From IMG/VR virus record IMGVR_UViG_3300020594_000001, positions 1 through 45,599 of that record: a stretch of 45,599 nt of DNA. One strand, given 5' to 3'. A program made the translations under genes and the position numbers. Positions 15,861 through 25,300 of this stretch are shown here, one piece after another. The notes under the pieces were generated by a model, which was not told where the DNA came from, did not search any database, and saw nothing but the letters and a program-made list of their open reading frames with translations. Within the stretch, counting starts at the first letter, position 1; every line of letters starts with the position of its first letter. The stretch comes from a virus (lineage: Duplodnaviria > Heunggongvirae > Uroviricota > Caudoviricetes).

Positions 15861-18800
15861 GGCAAGTCATTCCAGTTCAGAAGGACTTCAGCAAATGTTG
15901 CACGGGGGGCGAACTCGCTTACCATCATCTTCGCGCCCACCTCTTCGCCAGCCCCCAAGCGTCCGACGAAAAGCTTGCGTTGGGTCGCGGTCTGCACGAC
16001 GGTAACCAAGATGGGGTCATCTTTCGCTGCGTCGACCCCGACCTGCATTGCTTCGCCAGCATCGCTAAGCAGCTTCACAGCGCCCGCGACTTCGCTGTAG
16101 TAGATGCGTAAGAACTTGCTGCCATCAGCGGTCTGTAACGACGCTATTTTTCTCTCGAACACACCCTCAAGATCGATCTGTGGGCTAACCCAAAGCGAGT
16201 AGACAAAGTGCGCAGGAAAGCCCACCGAGCCCCACTTGACGGTGCCACTGCCGCTTGTGGGGATAAGCCCCTGCGCATAGCGTCCGTCGCCCCACACGAG
16301 CTCGCCGCCCGCGCCAAGCTGCCCGTTCTTACCCGTGACGCTGGTGATATCCCCGTTGAGCGCCCAAGCGTCAACATCTGCGGGGCTGATTCCAGCACCA
16401 ACCGCGATCTGATACCGCCCGACCACCGAATCGATGTCGCCACCAGGAGCCCAGTGACGCAGCGCTTCGTCGCTCTCCCAGTTGAACAGAGACGTTTCCC
16501 AGTTCATTTCGTCGGTGTCTTCGACAATAGACGCCAGCTGGGCATATAGGGAGTTGGCAGCGCGGTAGTTCGCCAGCAGGTCGACGTGGAAGATATATTC
16601 GCTTCGGGCAACGCCGTTGACCATCATGATGTCGTTACCGAGACGACGCATGTTCAGCATTCGCCCAGCCCAGTCGGTATTAGCTTCGTCTGCGGTGAAA
16701 ACGATGTTCCGATCGGGCAAGATGGCAACTTGGTTGCCAATGAACGCGGCCAGGTCAGAATAGATCCCCGGGCTGGCGACTGCCTTAATCCAGAAGGTGC
16801 GAACGCCAATAGAGCCAGACGGTATGGTGAACGTCGTAGCTTTCACCTGCGAAACCAGGGTTCCTGTTACCCAGCTGTCGCCCTCGCGAATTTCGTAATA
16901 GACGACATCGGGTTCAGGATTTGCTTTCCAGTGCAGTTCAAGACGCTTCTCAGACTGGATGATGTCGAACCCAGCAACAGCCTCGGGGGCTTCAAGCACG
17001 AGCTTGAACGTGCTGACGTTGTCAGAGTATGCGCCCTGCGAGTTGACCGACCTGATGTGGTAATAGTAAGTGCCCGCTTTTTCCTGGTCATGGGTAATCA
17101 TCGTGCCCTGGAAGTTCTTGATGATTACCGTGGCGTTTTCCCAGTCTGGGCCGACACGGACCTCATATCCAGAAAGACGGATATCGGTCACCTCGTTCCA
17201 GGTCAGAACCAGGTCATTGGTTCGCTTCTGCACCCGGAAATTCGCAACGTCGCCGGGCGCAGCAGTTCTGCCCTTCGTGCTGTAGTTCGCAGAGAACACC
17301 TTGGAGCGCACACCAAAGCCATTGACCGCTATGATCTTGAATTGGTGCTGACCCGCACGCACGTTCCCAAGGGAAATATTCGGGTTTGTCGTGTGCTCGG
17401 TGACCCAGTTGGTTGCGTAAGTGCCGGTGCGTCGCCATGTCACTTCGTAGCGCGCTGCGTTCTGGGCAAACCACGATACGTCCAGGGACAGACCCACAAC
17501 CCCCGGCGCAACTTCTATAGAGAGCTCAGCAACCTTAAAGTCGCCCACGTCGCCAACCTTGCGGGGGTCGACGATAGAGATATCAGGCTCAACAATGTCC
17601 AGGCCCTTTTCGATCGCTTCGTATTTGCTCGCGTTGTGCTCTAGCGCTTCAATCTGGAACTCGCCCGCGTTCTCGCCCTGCTTGATGTTGATGACGCGGG
17701 CAACCTGGGGCTCTAGCGATTCTTCAGAAATGACGAACATCGCCCCAGGCAAGGGCTGTGCGGGCAAGTTTGACGCCCAAGTGATGACGTCGGTGGTTCC
17801 CGGCTTATTGTTGATAAAGCGAGTCGCAAACGTGCCGTCCGGCATGCGAATTGCGATCTTGGTTCCGCCAAATTCGTCAATCTTGACTGGCGCGTCAAGC
17901 GTCGCGATGTTAAGGGTGCAGTCTTTAAGACGCCCACCCATGCGCTTGCCAGCCAGAATCGGGTCATGAATCTCGATCAGGTCACCAGGAAGCACGTTCG
18001 CGCTATCAAGCCCGACCTTGAAGCTGATGACATTGGACTCATACTTTTCGGTATATAGAATCCACTTGCCCACACGATGCGCTTGCCCCCGGCTGGTGCA
18101 CCCAAACGCAATAGTGTCCAGCTGGCGAATGCCATACATCTGGATGAGCTCGCGGTCCTCGACATACTCGACGGCGCGCTCGTAGTCGCGCGTTGGGTCG
18201 TTCCAGCTGACACAGATGACCGTATGGCGATCAGAAGCGCCAGGACCAGAGCGCTCGAACATGCCATTCACCACGTTCGCAGGGCTGTAACGCATCACAG
18301 GTTCGCCCGGGCGGTCTTGCGTGAACCGCGCGGTGCCGCCAGCCCAGTAAACCATACCGCGCAGCGCAGCAGAGATATCCGCGATCAGTCTGAACGCTTC
18401 GACCCGGGTTTGAATCTGAGTGTTGATCTCGAATCGGGGCTCTGTGCCGCCCCTGCCATTGGGCACGCGCTCGTCGCAATAGCGGCCAATGCGATAAAGC
18501 TCTTCGACGTCCACCATGGCTTGGGAGATAAACTGGCCCAGCCCATAGCGCTTGTTGGTCAGAACATCGTTAAGAATCCAAGCGGGGTTCGACGAAATGG
18601 CGAGCTTGAAAGTGCCATTCCACACACCACTGTATGTTTTAGTGACCGGGTCGTAGTTGGACGGCACCTTGATGTAAAGCCCGTCAACCAGGTAAGACCG
18701 AACCGGGATGCTGTCGAAATACGAAGAATCGACCTTCAACCCCACCAATGCAGTGTTGGGGTATCGCAGCTTGCTATCGATAATCTCGACGATGGAGCTC

Positions 18801-19939
18801 AGGTAGGTCTCGTTGCTCAGCGCCTCGCTGGTCGAATCCTCGGTATCGCGCACCACTCGAATACGCCATTCCAGATTCTGTGAAGCAGGATCGTCGTTCT
18901 CAATACTTGGCTTAGGCAGCGTCAGCACATATTCTTTCTGCCACCGCGAAGACGTTTTGTGGTCTACCTTGACGTTCGACGCGGTCTGAAACGCGCCATT
19001 GTTCTGCGCGATGTCGAAGTGAAAATTGACCGAAGTTCCGAAAATGTCGCCAGTTTCCTTGTCCTGCCGTCGCAGCGCAGGAAACGTCATGATGATGCGA
19101 ACCCGGTCTACGTCGGGGTTGCTGATTGTCACGGTCGCGGGCTGGCTCTTTCGCACCCGAACATTAATGTCGCGCGGCGTCTCGACGGTCGAAAAGCCGG
19201 GAATTACAGACTGAGACTGGGTGCCAGTGCGCTGCTCCCACTTGACGCCCTCGATGTTTCTGGAGCCGTCAGCGTTCTGAATCGGCGTGCCGTCGAAGAA
19301 AATGGATTTCTCGCCATTGACCAAACCCCCAATTGCGCCCTCGCCCAGTGCGTCGAGAATCGACACCATGACTTTGGAGCGCACGTTGTCGGGGGTTTCG
19401 ACAGGAACCCGAACCGATCCACCATCGCCCTTACCTCCCCCGCCGCCCGCACCCTGAATGTCTTCAGCAATTAGCGGATGACGTTGGCGGTGCCCGCCAT
19501 TGTGAACCCGAATGCCATCGCAGATGAACGTGTGGTGCGGCTCAACCGTCAGGTTGTAGACAGGCTCTGTAGCGACGTGCTCGGCTTCGATAATCGGGCG
19601 CAAGTGCCCCAGCTGGTCGACAAGCGCGTCTTCGATCGACATCGTGCCAATCTCGACAAACGCGCCATACTGATTCAATACCCAGTGGTTCGGGGTGATG
19701 TGCGACGTCCCGCCCCAGTAGCGCACGCGCAAGATGGGCTGGGGGTCTGCGTGGTAGTGCGTCTTCGTGACTTTGGCCCGATGCACCCTACCCTGTTCGT
19801 CGAACGAAAGAACGGTGTCGCCCTCTTTGAGCGTTTCGATGGCGACGGTCTTCCCGCCTTCGACCAGGACTTGCGAGCCCGCACGAAAGCAACCCCCGCC
19901 AGAACCTACAATCTCATTTTCAAGCGCTACGTGTTCCAT
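15857..19939 (-). CDS. Tail tip / central tail fibre (lambda J-like) with an N-terminal Hint domain
   Basis: J motifs (YPNTAL, VPSNYDP, WNGTFK, NPAWIL, EPRF, GQAHRVGKW), FN3-like repeats, and a Hint domain at residues 17-147. Confidence 0.92.
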   Translation of the reverse strand: MEHVALENEIVGSGGGCFRAGSQVLVEGGKTVAIETLKEGDTVLSFDEQGRVHRAKVTKTHYHADPQPILRVRYWGGTSHITPNHWVLNQYGAFVEIGTMSIEDALVDQLGHLRPIIEAEHVATEPVYNLTVEPHHTFICDGIRVHNGGHRQRHPLIAEDIQGAGGGGGKGDGGSVRVPVETPDNVRSKVMVSILDALGEGAIGGLVNGEKSIFFDGTPIQNADGSRNIEGVKWEQRTGTQSQSVIPGFSTVETPRDINVRVRKSQPATVTISNPDVDRVRIIMTFPALRRQDKETGDIFGTSVNFHFDIAQNNGAFQTASNVKVDHKTSSRWQKEYVLTLPKPSIENDDPASQNLEWRIRVVRDTEDSTSEALSNETYLSSIVEIIDSKLRYPNTALVGLKVDSSYFDSIPVRSYLVDGLYIKVPSNYDPVTKTYSGVWNGTFKLAISSNPAWILNDVLTNKRYGLGQFISQAMVDVEELYRIGRYCDERVPNGRGGTEPRFEINTQIQTRVEAFRLIADISAALRGMVYWAGGTARFTQDRPGEPVMRYSPANVVNGMFERSGPGASDRHTVICVSWNDPTRDYERAVEYVEDRELIQMYGIRQLDTIAFGCTSRGQAHRVGKWILYTEKYESNVISFKVGLDSANVLPGDLIEIHDPILAGKRMGGRLKDCTLNIATLDAPVKIDEFGGTKIAIRMPDGTFATRFINNKPGTTDVITWASNLPAQPLPGAMFVISEESLEPQVARVINIKQGENAGEFQIEALEHNASKYEAIEKGLDIVEPDISIVDPRKVGDVGDFKVAELSIEVAPGVVGLSLDVSWFAQNAARYEVTWRRTGTYATNWVTEHTTNPNISLGNVRAGQHQFKIIAVNGFGVRSKVFSANYSTKGRTAAPGDVANFRVQKRTNDLVLTWNEVTDIRLSGYEVRVGPDWENATVIIKNFQGTMITHDQEKAGTYYYHIRSVNSQGAYSDNVSTFKLVLEAPEAVAGFDIIQSEKRLELHWKANPEPDVVYYEIREGDSWVTGTLVSQVKATTFTIPSGSIGVRTFWIKAVASPGIYSDLAAFIGNQVAILPDRNIVFTADEANTDWAGRMLNMRRLGNDIMMVNGVARSEYIFHVDLLANYRAANSLYAQLASIVEDTDEMNWETSLFNWESDEALRHWAPGGDIDSVVGRYQIAVGAGISPADVDAWALNGDITSVTGKNGQLGAGGELVWGDGRYAQGLIPTSGSGTVKWGSVGFPAHFVYSLWVSPQIDLEGVFERKIASLQTADGSKFLRIYYSEVAGAVKLLSDAGEAMQVGVDAAKDDPILVTVVQTATQRKLFVGRLGAGEEVGAKMMVSEFAPRATFAEVLLNWNDLP
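19499..19891 (-). other. Hint (mini-intein/BIL-like) domain, 131 aa, Cys17 to Asn147
   Basis: Block A CFRAGSQV, block B TPNH, block F VYNLTVEPHHTF, terminal VHN; the +1 residue is Gly. Confidence 0.9.
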
Positions 19940-19945
19940 GTTGCC

Positions 19946-20581
19946 TTAGACGCCAATTTGTTCGACCGATACTGATGCGTGGAGGTTGTTCGAGCCCACG
20001 AGAACACGCCCGTAGATGAGCGATATGGGGTATCCCTCGCCAGATGTGCCCGTTGGCCCGTTGAAGTAATACGAGGGCTTGTTTTCTTCGCTCTGCATGT
20101 CCATGCCGCTCGTGTTGGGCGTTTTCGTCAGCAAGCCCACCACGCCACCGACAACCGAGCTCACGCCCATACCAAAAGCGACGCTGCCTAGCGCGTTCAT
20201 GCCTGTCAGCGTCCACCCGCCAGACCACAGCGCGCCCACAATGAGCACTGCACCAATGAGAATTCGCCCAAAATCGCCCGCGCCTTCGATGACAGGAACG
20301 AAGCGAATCGATTTCACGCTCAGGGAAATATCGAGCTCTTCGCCCGATAGCTCTGACATACCCCCGTCTTCGCGCTCATAAACGACGTGGTAATGGGTGT
20401 AGAGGTCCGCGTTATCGCGAATCCAGTTCGTCAAACCAGGGCTGTTCGCATTGATGAGGCGCAGCGCTTGCGCAGCGTTGCGCACGCACAGTTCCCATTC
20501 GCGCCCGAACTTCTCGCCCATGACGCCCTCAAGCACCACGCGCGTCAGCTTCTGCTCATCAGCCAATGCCATTTCGCTCAT
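19946..20581 (-). CDS. Tail assembly protein (lambda I-like)
   Basis: FG.EW.L.V.NAAQALR, IRFVPVIEGAG, YYFNGP and G.PI.LIYGRVLVGS motifs. Confidence 0.88.
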   Translation of the reverse strand: MSEMALADEQKLTRVVLEGVMGEKFGREWELCVRNAAQALRLINANSPGLTNWIRDNADLYTHYHVVYEREDGGMSELSGEELDISLSVKSIRFVPVIEGAGDFGRILIGAVLIVGALWSGGWTLTGMNALGSVAFGMGVSSVVGGVVGLLTKTPNTSGMDMQSEENKPSYYFNGPTGTSGEGYPISLIYGRVLVGSNNLHASVSVEQIGV

Positions 20582-21333
20582 CGCATCAACTCCCGATGGC
20601 GCGCATGAATGACGGTGTGCTTCTGGTAGTAGCCCCCGTAGATATCGTGCTTGCTCAGACGGTTCAGCGAGTGGTGCAGCATTCGGTCATCGCCCACATA
20701 GATCGCCACATGATTGGGCTCGTCCGAACCCGCGTCTTGAATGAAGAAGAGGTCGCTCGGTTTGGGTTCTTCGTTGATCAGTTGAACGAAGCCCTCGTCT
20801 TGGTAGTGCTTGGCAAAGAGCGTCGCGCCCGGGGTGCCATCGGGGAGCGTGTAGGGGTAGTTGCGTAACGCGATGCTGTGCTCGCGGGCGAAATAGTCGA
20901 TTGCCAGCGTCCAGCAGTCGAAGATTCCCGGCACATACGGACGCCCCGTATACGCCATCTTGAAACCAGAAGGCTGCATAGACTGCACCTCGCCATAGAC
21001 GAAGTTCTCGCCCTCTTTCGTGATCTGCATCACATACCAGGGCACGCCACCAACCTCACAGCCCGCTTTATCAGCGTCAGTGAAGGTGTGATGCCCTTCG
21101 GGGTGGGTGTGCCATATGCCAATCACCTGCGCGCGGTCAGCGTGCTGCGTATGCTCAATGCGCCCGATGCGAAACATCTTCGTGGGGAATTCATGGGTGT
21201 TCGTGCAACGGACAATCTCAGTCTTGCCCGTGCGATGCGCCAACACCAGACCACACGCCTCTTTTGGGTATTCTTTTGCTCCGTAAACCTGCATGGCATA
21301 GGTCAGGTCACGAATGGGAAGATCAGCCTTCAT
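20578..21333 (-). CDS. Tail assembly protein K-like (JAB/MPN plus NlpC/P60); start MKADLP
   Basis: YPKEACG, WHTHP (JAB), FDCWTL and NHVAIY (NlpC/P60); GGAG Shine-Dalgarno before the revised start. Confidence 0.88.
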   Translation of the reverse strand: MKADLPIRDLTYAMQVYGAKEYPKEACGLVLAHRTGKTEIVRCTNTHEFPTKMFRIGRIEHTQHADRAQVIGIWHTHPEGHHTFTDADKAGCEVGGVPWYVMQITKEGENFVYGEVQSMQPSGFKMAYTGRPYVPGIFDCWTLAIDYFAREHSIALRNYPYTLPDGTPGATLFAKHYQDEGFVQLINEEPKPSDLFFIQDAGSDEPNHVAIYVGDDRMLHHSLNRLSKHDIYGGYYQKHTVIHARHRELMR

Positions 21334-22039
21334 AGCGGCGCGCTCCTGGGAAGCCGCCATAGGGCAGCGCGTTGTTTGTTCCAAATCGACGCTCGCACGA
21401 TCGAAGGCGCTTACCGCAGACGTCTTCAGCAATAGTCCAGACGCGTTGGTCTTCGTTGTTGAAGTAGACTGCCTTGGTGTAGCCACACTCTGCGCTGCGA
21501 TACACCCACGGGCACGAGTTCTGGATGATCTGCCTGAAGGGCAGCATCACACCCTCCAGGTCAAATGCAGACGCCAGTTCCCACTCGATGATGTAGGAGT
21601 TTTCGAGCACCTTTCGCTCGATCTGGAACATGTCGTCTTCAAAGTGATGGTTCGGATTCGCGTTCGGGTTCACACCACCAGGGAAGTTGACGGCGTCCAA
21701 GAACCGAGCGAACGTGCGCTTGCGGATGACCTTGGCGGTAACCAGGTCACGCATTTCGCGCACCCCCGCTGAGAAGAGTCCGTCGATATTGGCAACGCGC
21801 AGCTTCGGGCGGGGCAGCGTGCCCTGCGTGGTCACGTCGAACCCCTCGACCTCGACGGGCAGTGGTGAATAGGTTTGGCCTTGCCACACGACGGGCTGCT
21901 GAAGACCGTTTGTGCCAGCGTGGAAGCGAATTAGCTGCCCGCCAAGCTTGGTCATGTCGAGCACGAAAAGCTCGACAATTGCAGATGGAGAAAGCGATTG
22001 AGCTTCTGCCGCTACTGCTGCAGGTAAATTCGAGCTCAT
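21323..22039 (-). CDS. Minor tail protein L-like
   Basis: RFHAGTN, TLPRPKL, KRTFARFLDAVNF, and four Cys (CPW.Y...C, CGK...SC). Confidence 0.92.
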   Translation of the reverse strand: MSSNLPAAVAAEAQSLSPSAIVELFVLDMTKLGGQLIRFHAGTNGLQQPVVWQGQTYSPLPVEVEGFDVTTQGTLPRPKLRVANIDGLFSAGVREMRDLVTAKVIRKRTFARFLDAVNFPGGVNPNANPNHHFEDDMFQIERKVLENSYIIEWELASAFDLEGVMLPFRQIIQNSCPWVYRSAECGYTKAVYFNNEDQRVWTIAEDVCGKRLRSCERRFGTNNALPYGGFPGARRYEG

Positions 22040-22377
22040 AGGTCGAACACCTCTTCAAAGTCACAGGTAAGCTCGTAGACGCCCAACCCGACTTGCTCAG
22101 ATGCCCATTCGCGACAAACGAACTTGCGGGTATCACCGCGAGGGTCAGTCCATTCGAATGCAGTAGCGCCCGCTTGGGCTTCGATGAAGTCAAGCTGCGC
22201 TTTGTGTTCTGCGTAATGCGCGGTGAACACCAAGTTGGCCCAGATGACGGGCGAAACGTTGATGCCATCTTTGATGCGAAGTTCGTAGCCGTCGCCAAAG
22301 CGGGTGCTTTGAATGCGGGGTTTTGTTTTTCGCTGCGCGCCCAGATTGGGGCGAGCCCAGAATTGCCCTATCGCCAT
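22036..22377 (-). CDS. Minor tail protein M-like (distal tail)
   Basis: RFGDGYE...DGIN, AFEWTDP and FEEVF motifs. Confidence 0.88.
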   Translation of the reverse strand: MAIGQFWARPNLGAQRKTKPRIQSTRFGDGYELRIKDGINVSPVIWANLVFTAHYAEHKAQLDFIEAQAGATAFEWTDPRGDTRKFVCREWASEQVGLGVYELTCDFEEVFDL

Positions 22378-22379
22378 GC

Positions 22380-25300
22380 TTACCTCACCAACCCGCCATA
22401 GCGGCGCTGGTTACGCACTTCGTCGATGACGATTGCGCGCACCCTCTCTGCCATGATTCGCCACGAACTGCTTTGGTCGCTCGCAGATGTCGACGTAGAA
22501 CTGCTGCCATCGCTGTTCTGCGTAACGTTGATTTCGATGCTCACGGGCGTCACGCCACCACCGCCCGTCATCGTCACGGGTATCGACCTGCCATCGGGCA
22601 AGGGAACGTAAGCTTCGTTGTGGCTACCCTCGCCATAGAGCGCCAGTTGGGGCGACGACGCGATACCACCCTTGGCATACCTGCGCAGGGCAACCGGGCC
22701 AAAGGAAGTCATGACCCCACCCTTTGCGAACGCGAAAGAAGGGCCAGTGGGGATAAAGTTGCTCATGCTGCCAAGCGAGTCGCCCAGCGACGCACCGCCT
22801 GCAGAACCCAGGCCCGCCAAGCCGCCCCCACCGCTCAACAATGAGCCAAGCAGTCCAGAAGACGACGAACCCCCACTCTGGGCAGCAAGCTGTGTCAGCG
22901 CAGCAGTGGCTGCGTTGGTGGCAGACGTAAGACTGCCCAGGGCGAAGGTCTGCGCTTGGGAAGCGGTGCGCTCCGTCATCGCGTTGGTTTCAGACTGAAG
23001 TGCGGCCTTGAAGGTCGTCTTCGTCATTTCAGCGATGCCCTGCTTGCTCAGGTCACCTACTGCCATGTTCAGCGTTTGGAGCGAAGGTGCGAGCGAATTG
23101 AAGTGCGTCAGCAGTTGCCCGCCAGCGCTCAGAAGCCCCGAATTGGGGTTGATCGCGGTAACGCCCTGCATGCTCGCAGCGCCCAGAGCGCTGGAACCAG
23201 AGCCGATCGAATTCAGAAACTCTTTGATCTTGGTGCCCGCAGTGCCAAACCACTCATCCATGGAGTTGGCCAGGGTCTTCTGCAGCACAATACGGTTGAA
23301 GTCTTTCAGCCAGGACGCAATCATGTTGCGCCACTCAAGCTTTCCGGTTTCGGTGAAATTTGCGATTTCATCGATCGACTCGCTGGCCCAGTCAGCGACC
23401 ATGTTGTCGACGCCCGTGCCGAAGTTGTCTCGCCATTCCCGGGTCATGGACTGCAGCGGCGTTTCAAGCTCCCTGGCAAGCTGGTGGGTGCGCGCCACGA
23501 TGTAGCGGGCTTTCTCGTCCTCGATCGCCTTGATCTTCTCCGCTGCGTCTTCACGATCACCGACTTCTTTCATGAGGGCGTCGAACTTTGCGTTCATCAC
23601 CTTCATTTCGTTGTCGTATTGAGCTTGCGAACGTTCAGCGTCGGTGCCCATGAGCGACAAGTCGATTTCACGGGTCGCTTCGCGCAAGCCGATAGCCATT
23701 TCAGCCAAGTCACGCAGGGCTGCAGAAGAGACCATGTCTTTGGTCTGCTCTTTGACCTTGCCAGCAGTGCCGCCCGCTTTGACCATGGCTTGGTCGAGCG
23801 TAAGAATGCGCTTGCGCAGCTGCTCAAACTCAGTGCCCGCCAGCGATGCAGCTGCAGGATCAAGAAGCGTGTCGAATACGCCAGACCCAACCTCATCGAT
23901 CTGCTCGCGCAGGTTCTTAACACGCTCCAGAACAGCTTCGATCCTGTCCGCCTGTTTCTCAGCGTCGGTTTTGGGCGTCTTCTTCGGTGCTTTGCCACCA
24001 GTGAGGTCTTGAAACGTCGTCATCGCTTCTTGCGCAGCGCGATAGTTCTCGGCCCTTTCACGCTCACTAGCTCGCGCAGCTTTAAGCACCGCATTAGCCT
24101 GGTTCAAGTCCTCGTCGTTCGCACCAGCCACGATAAGCTTGTTGCGCTCCGCCTCCGCTTCTGCTGTCGCATTTTTGGCGCTCTCATAAAGCTCTTGGTC
24201 GCGATCAAGAATGAGCTTGCGTCGCTCTGCAATGGCCTCTGCCTGAACCTGTGTAATCTTCTCTTGCGTGCCTTTCTCATTCTTCAGACGGAGCTCAGCA
24301 AGTCGCTCTTGCTCTTTACGCTCAACCTCGTTGTAACTTGCGCTGTATCGACCAGATATCTCGTCGACTCTCTCTTGATTCAGTGTTTGCCAGCGCGCCT
24401 CGGCCTTAGCACCGTCATTGACGCGTGCTTGGGAGATTGAGTCGCTCAGTGCCTTCTTCAGTTCAGCAATATCCGCTTCTGCTTGCGCGATTGTGGCGTT
24501 AGCGTCATCGTCGGATGCGGAATAGCCCTGCTTGCGCGCCGCCTTGTTTACTTCGAGCTGTATCCTGGCACGCTTTATCTCGTCGTTCTTTTCATCAATA
24601 AGTGTTCGGGTTTGCTCGACGGTTTCGCTGGTCGCTATGCCCGACTTGGCAGCGCTCAGAACGTCTTTGATCGCTTGTTTGCCAGAGTTGCCCCACTTCA
24701 TCCACGCCATGGCACCCAGCGACAGCGCTAATGTGATCGCGCCCACCCAGCCACCCACTAGGGCGAGTGCAGCGCCGCCTACCCTCATTGCAGCGGTCTG
24801 GGCGGCAATACGGGCGGTAGTCAGGGCGGTGACACCGGCCAGCTTCTGCTGAGCGGCAGCATGTTGGGTGGTAGTCTTGACAAGGTCAGCTTGCGTTGCG
24901 GCAAGGCGCTTTGCGCGCGCGATCTGACTATCCATCGCGCGCAACTGCATGTTCAGGTTCTCAGCGCTTCGACGCGCTACGAACGCAGGGTCAGAGTGGT
25001 CGTTTGCGCGCGCGCCCGCACCCCCATACCGTGGGGTATTGGATAGAAACTGGTAGCGAGCTTCAGCTTCTGCTGCTCTGCGCGCCATGGCGGTGCGTTC
25101 AGCCAGCTTGGCACGCAGATGTGCTTTGGTCCTGACGAGCTCTTCCTGGTTCTGGCGCGCCGTCTCTTGGCTACGTCGGACATCGAAGTTGCGCAGCTGT
25201 TGCTCTTCTTGAACCTTCAGACTGATAAGGTTGCGTAAAGAGTTCTTCCTGATTTGCTGCAGCTGTTCAGCGCTCTTTTGCTCCCCAGACAGGTTGACGC

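Noticed and set aside
19499-19891. Mobile canonical intein with homing endonuclease
   Set aside because: It is only 131 aa, has no LAGLIDADG/HNH region, and has Gly rather than Cys/Ser/Thr at +1.
20578-21333. NlpC/P60 as a second endolysin or toxin
   Set aside because: The JAB plus NlpC/P60 fusion between L and I is the standard lambda K tail-tip assembly gene.
22956-24440. 494-aa plus-strand ORF (likewise 30662-32011, 16586-17644 and 25398-26348)
   Set aside because: These are antisense shadows of well-supported minus-strand genes (tape measure, capsid, J), with no motifs or ribosome-binding sites.
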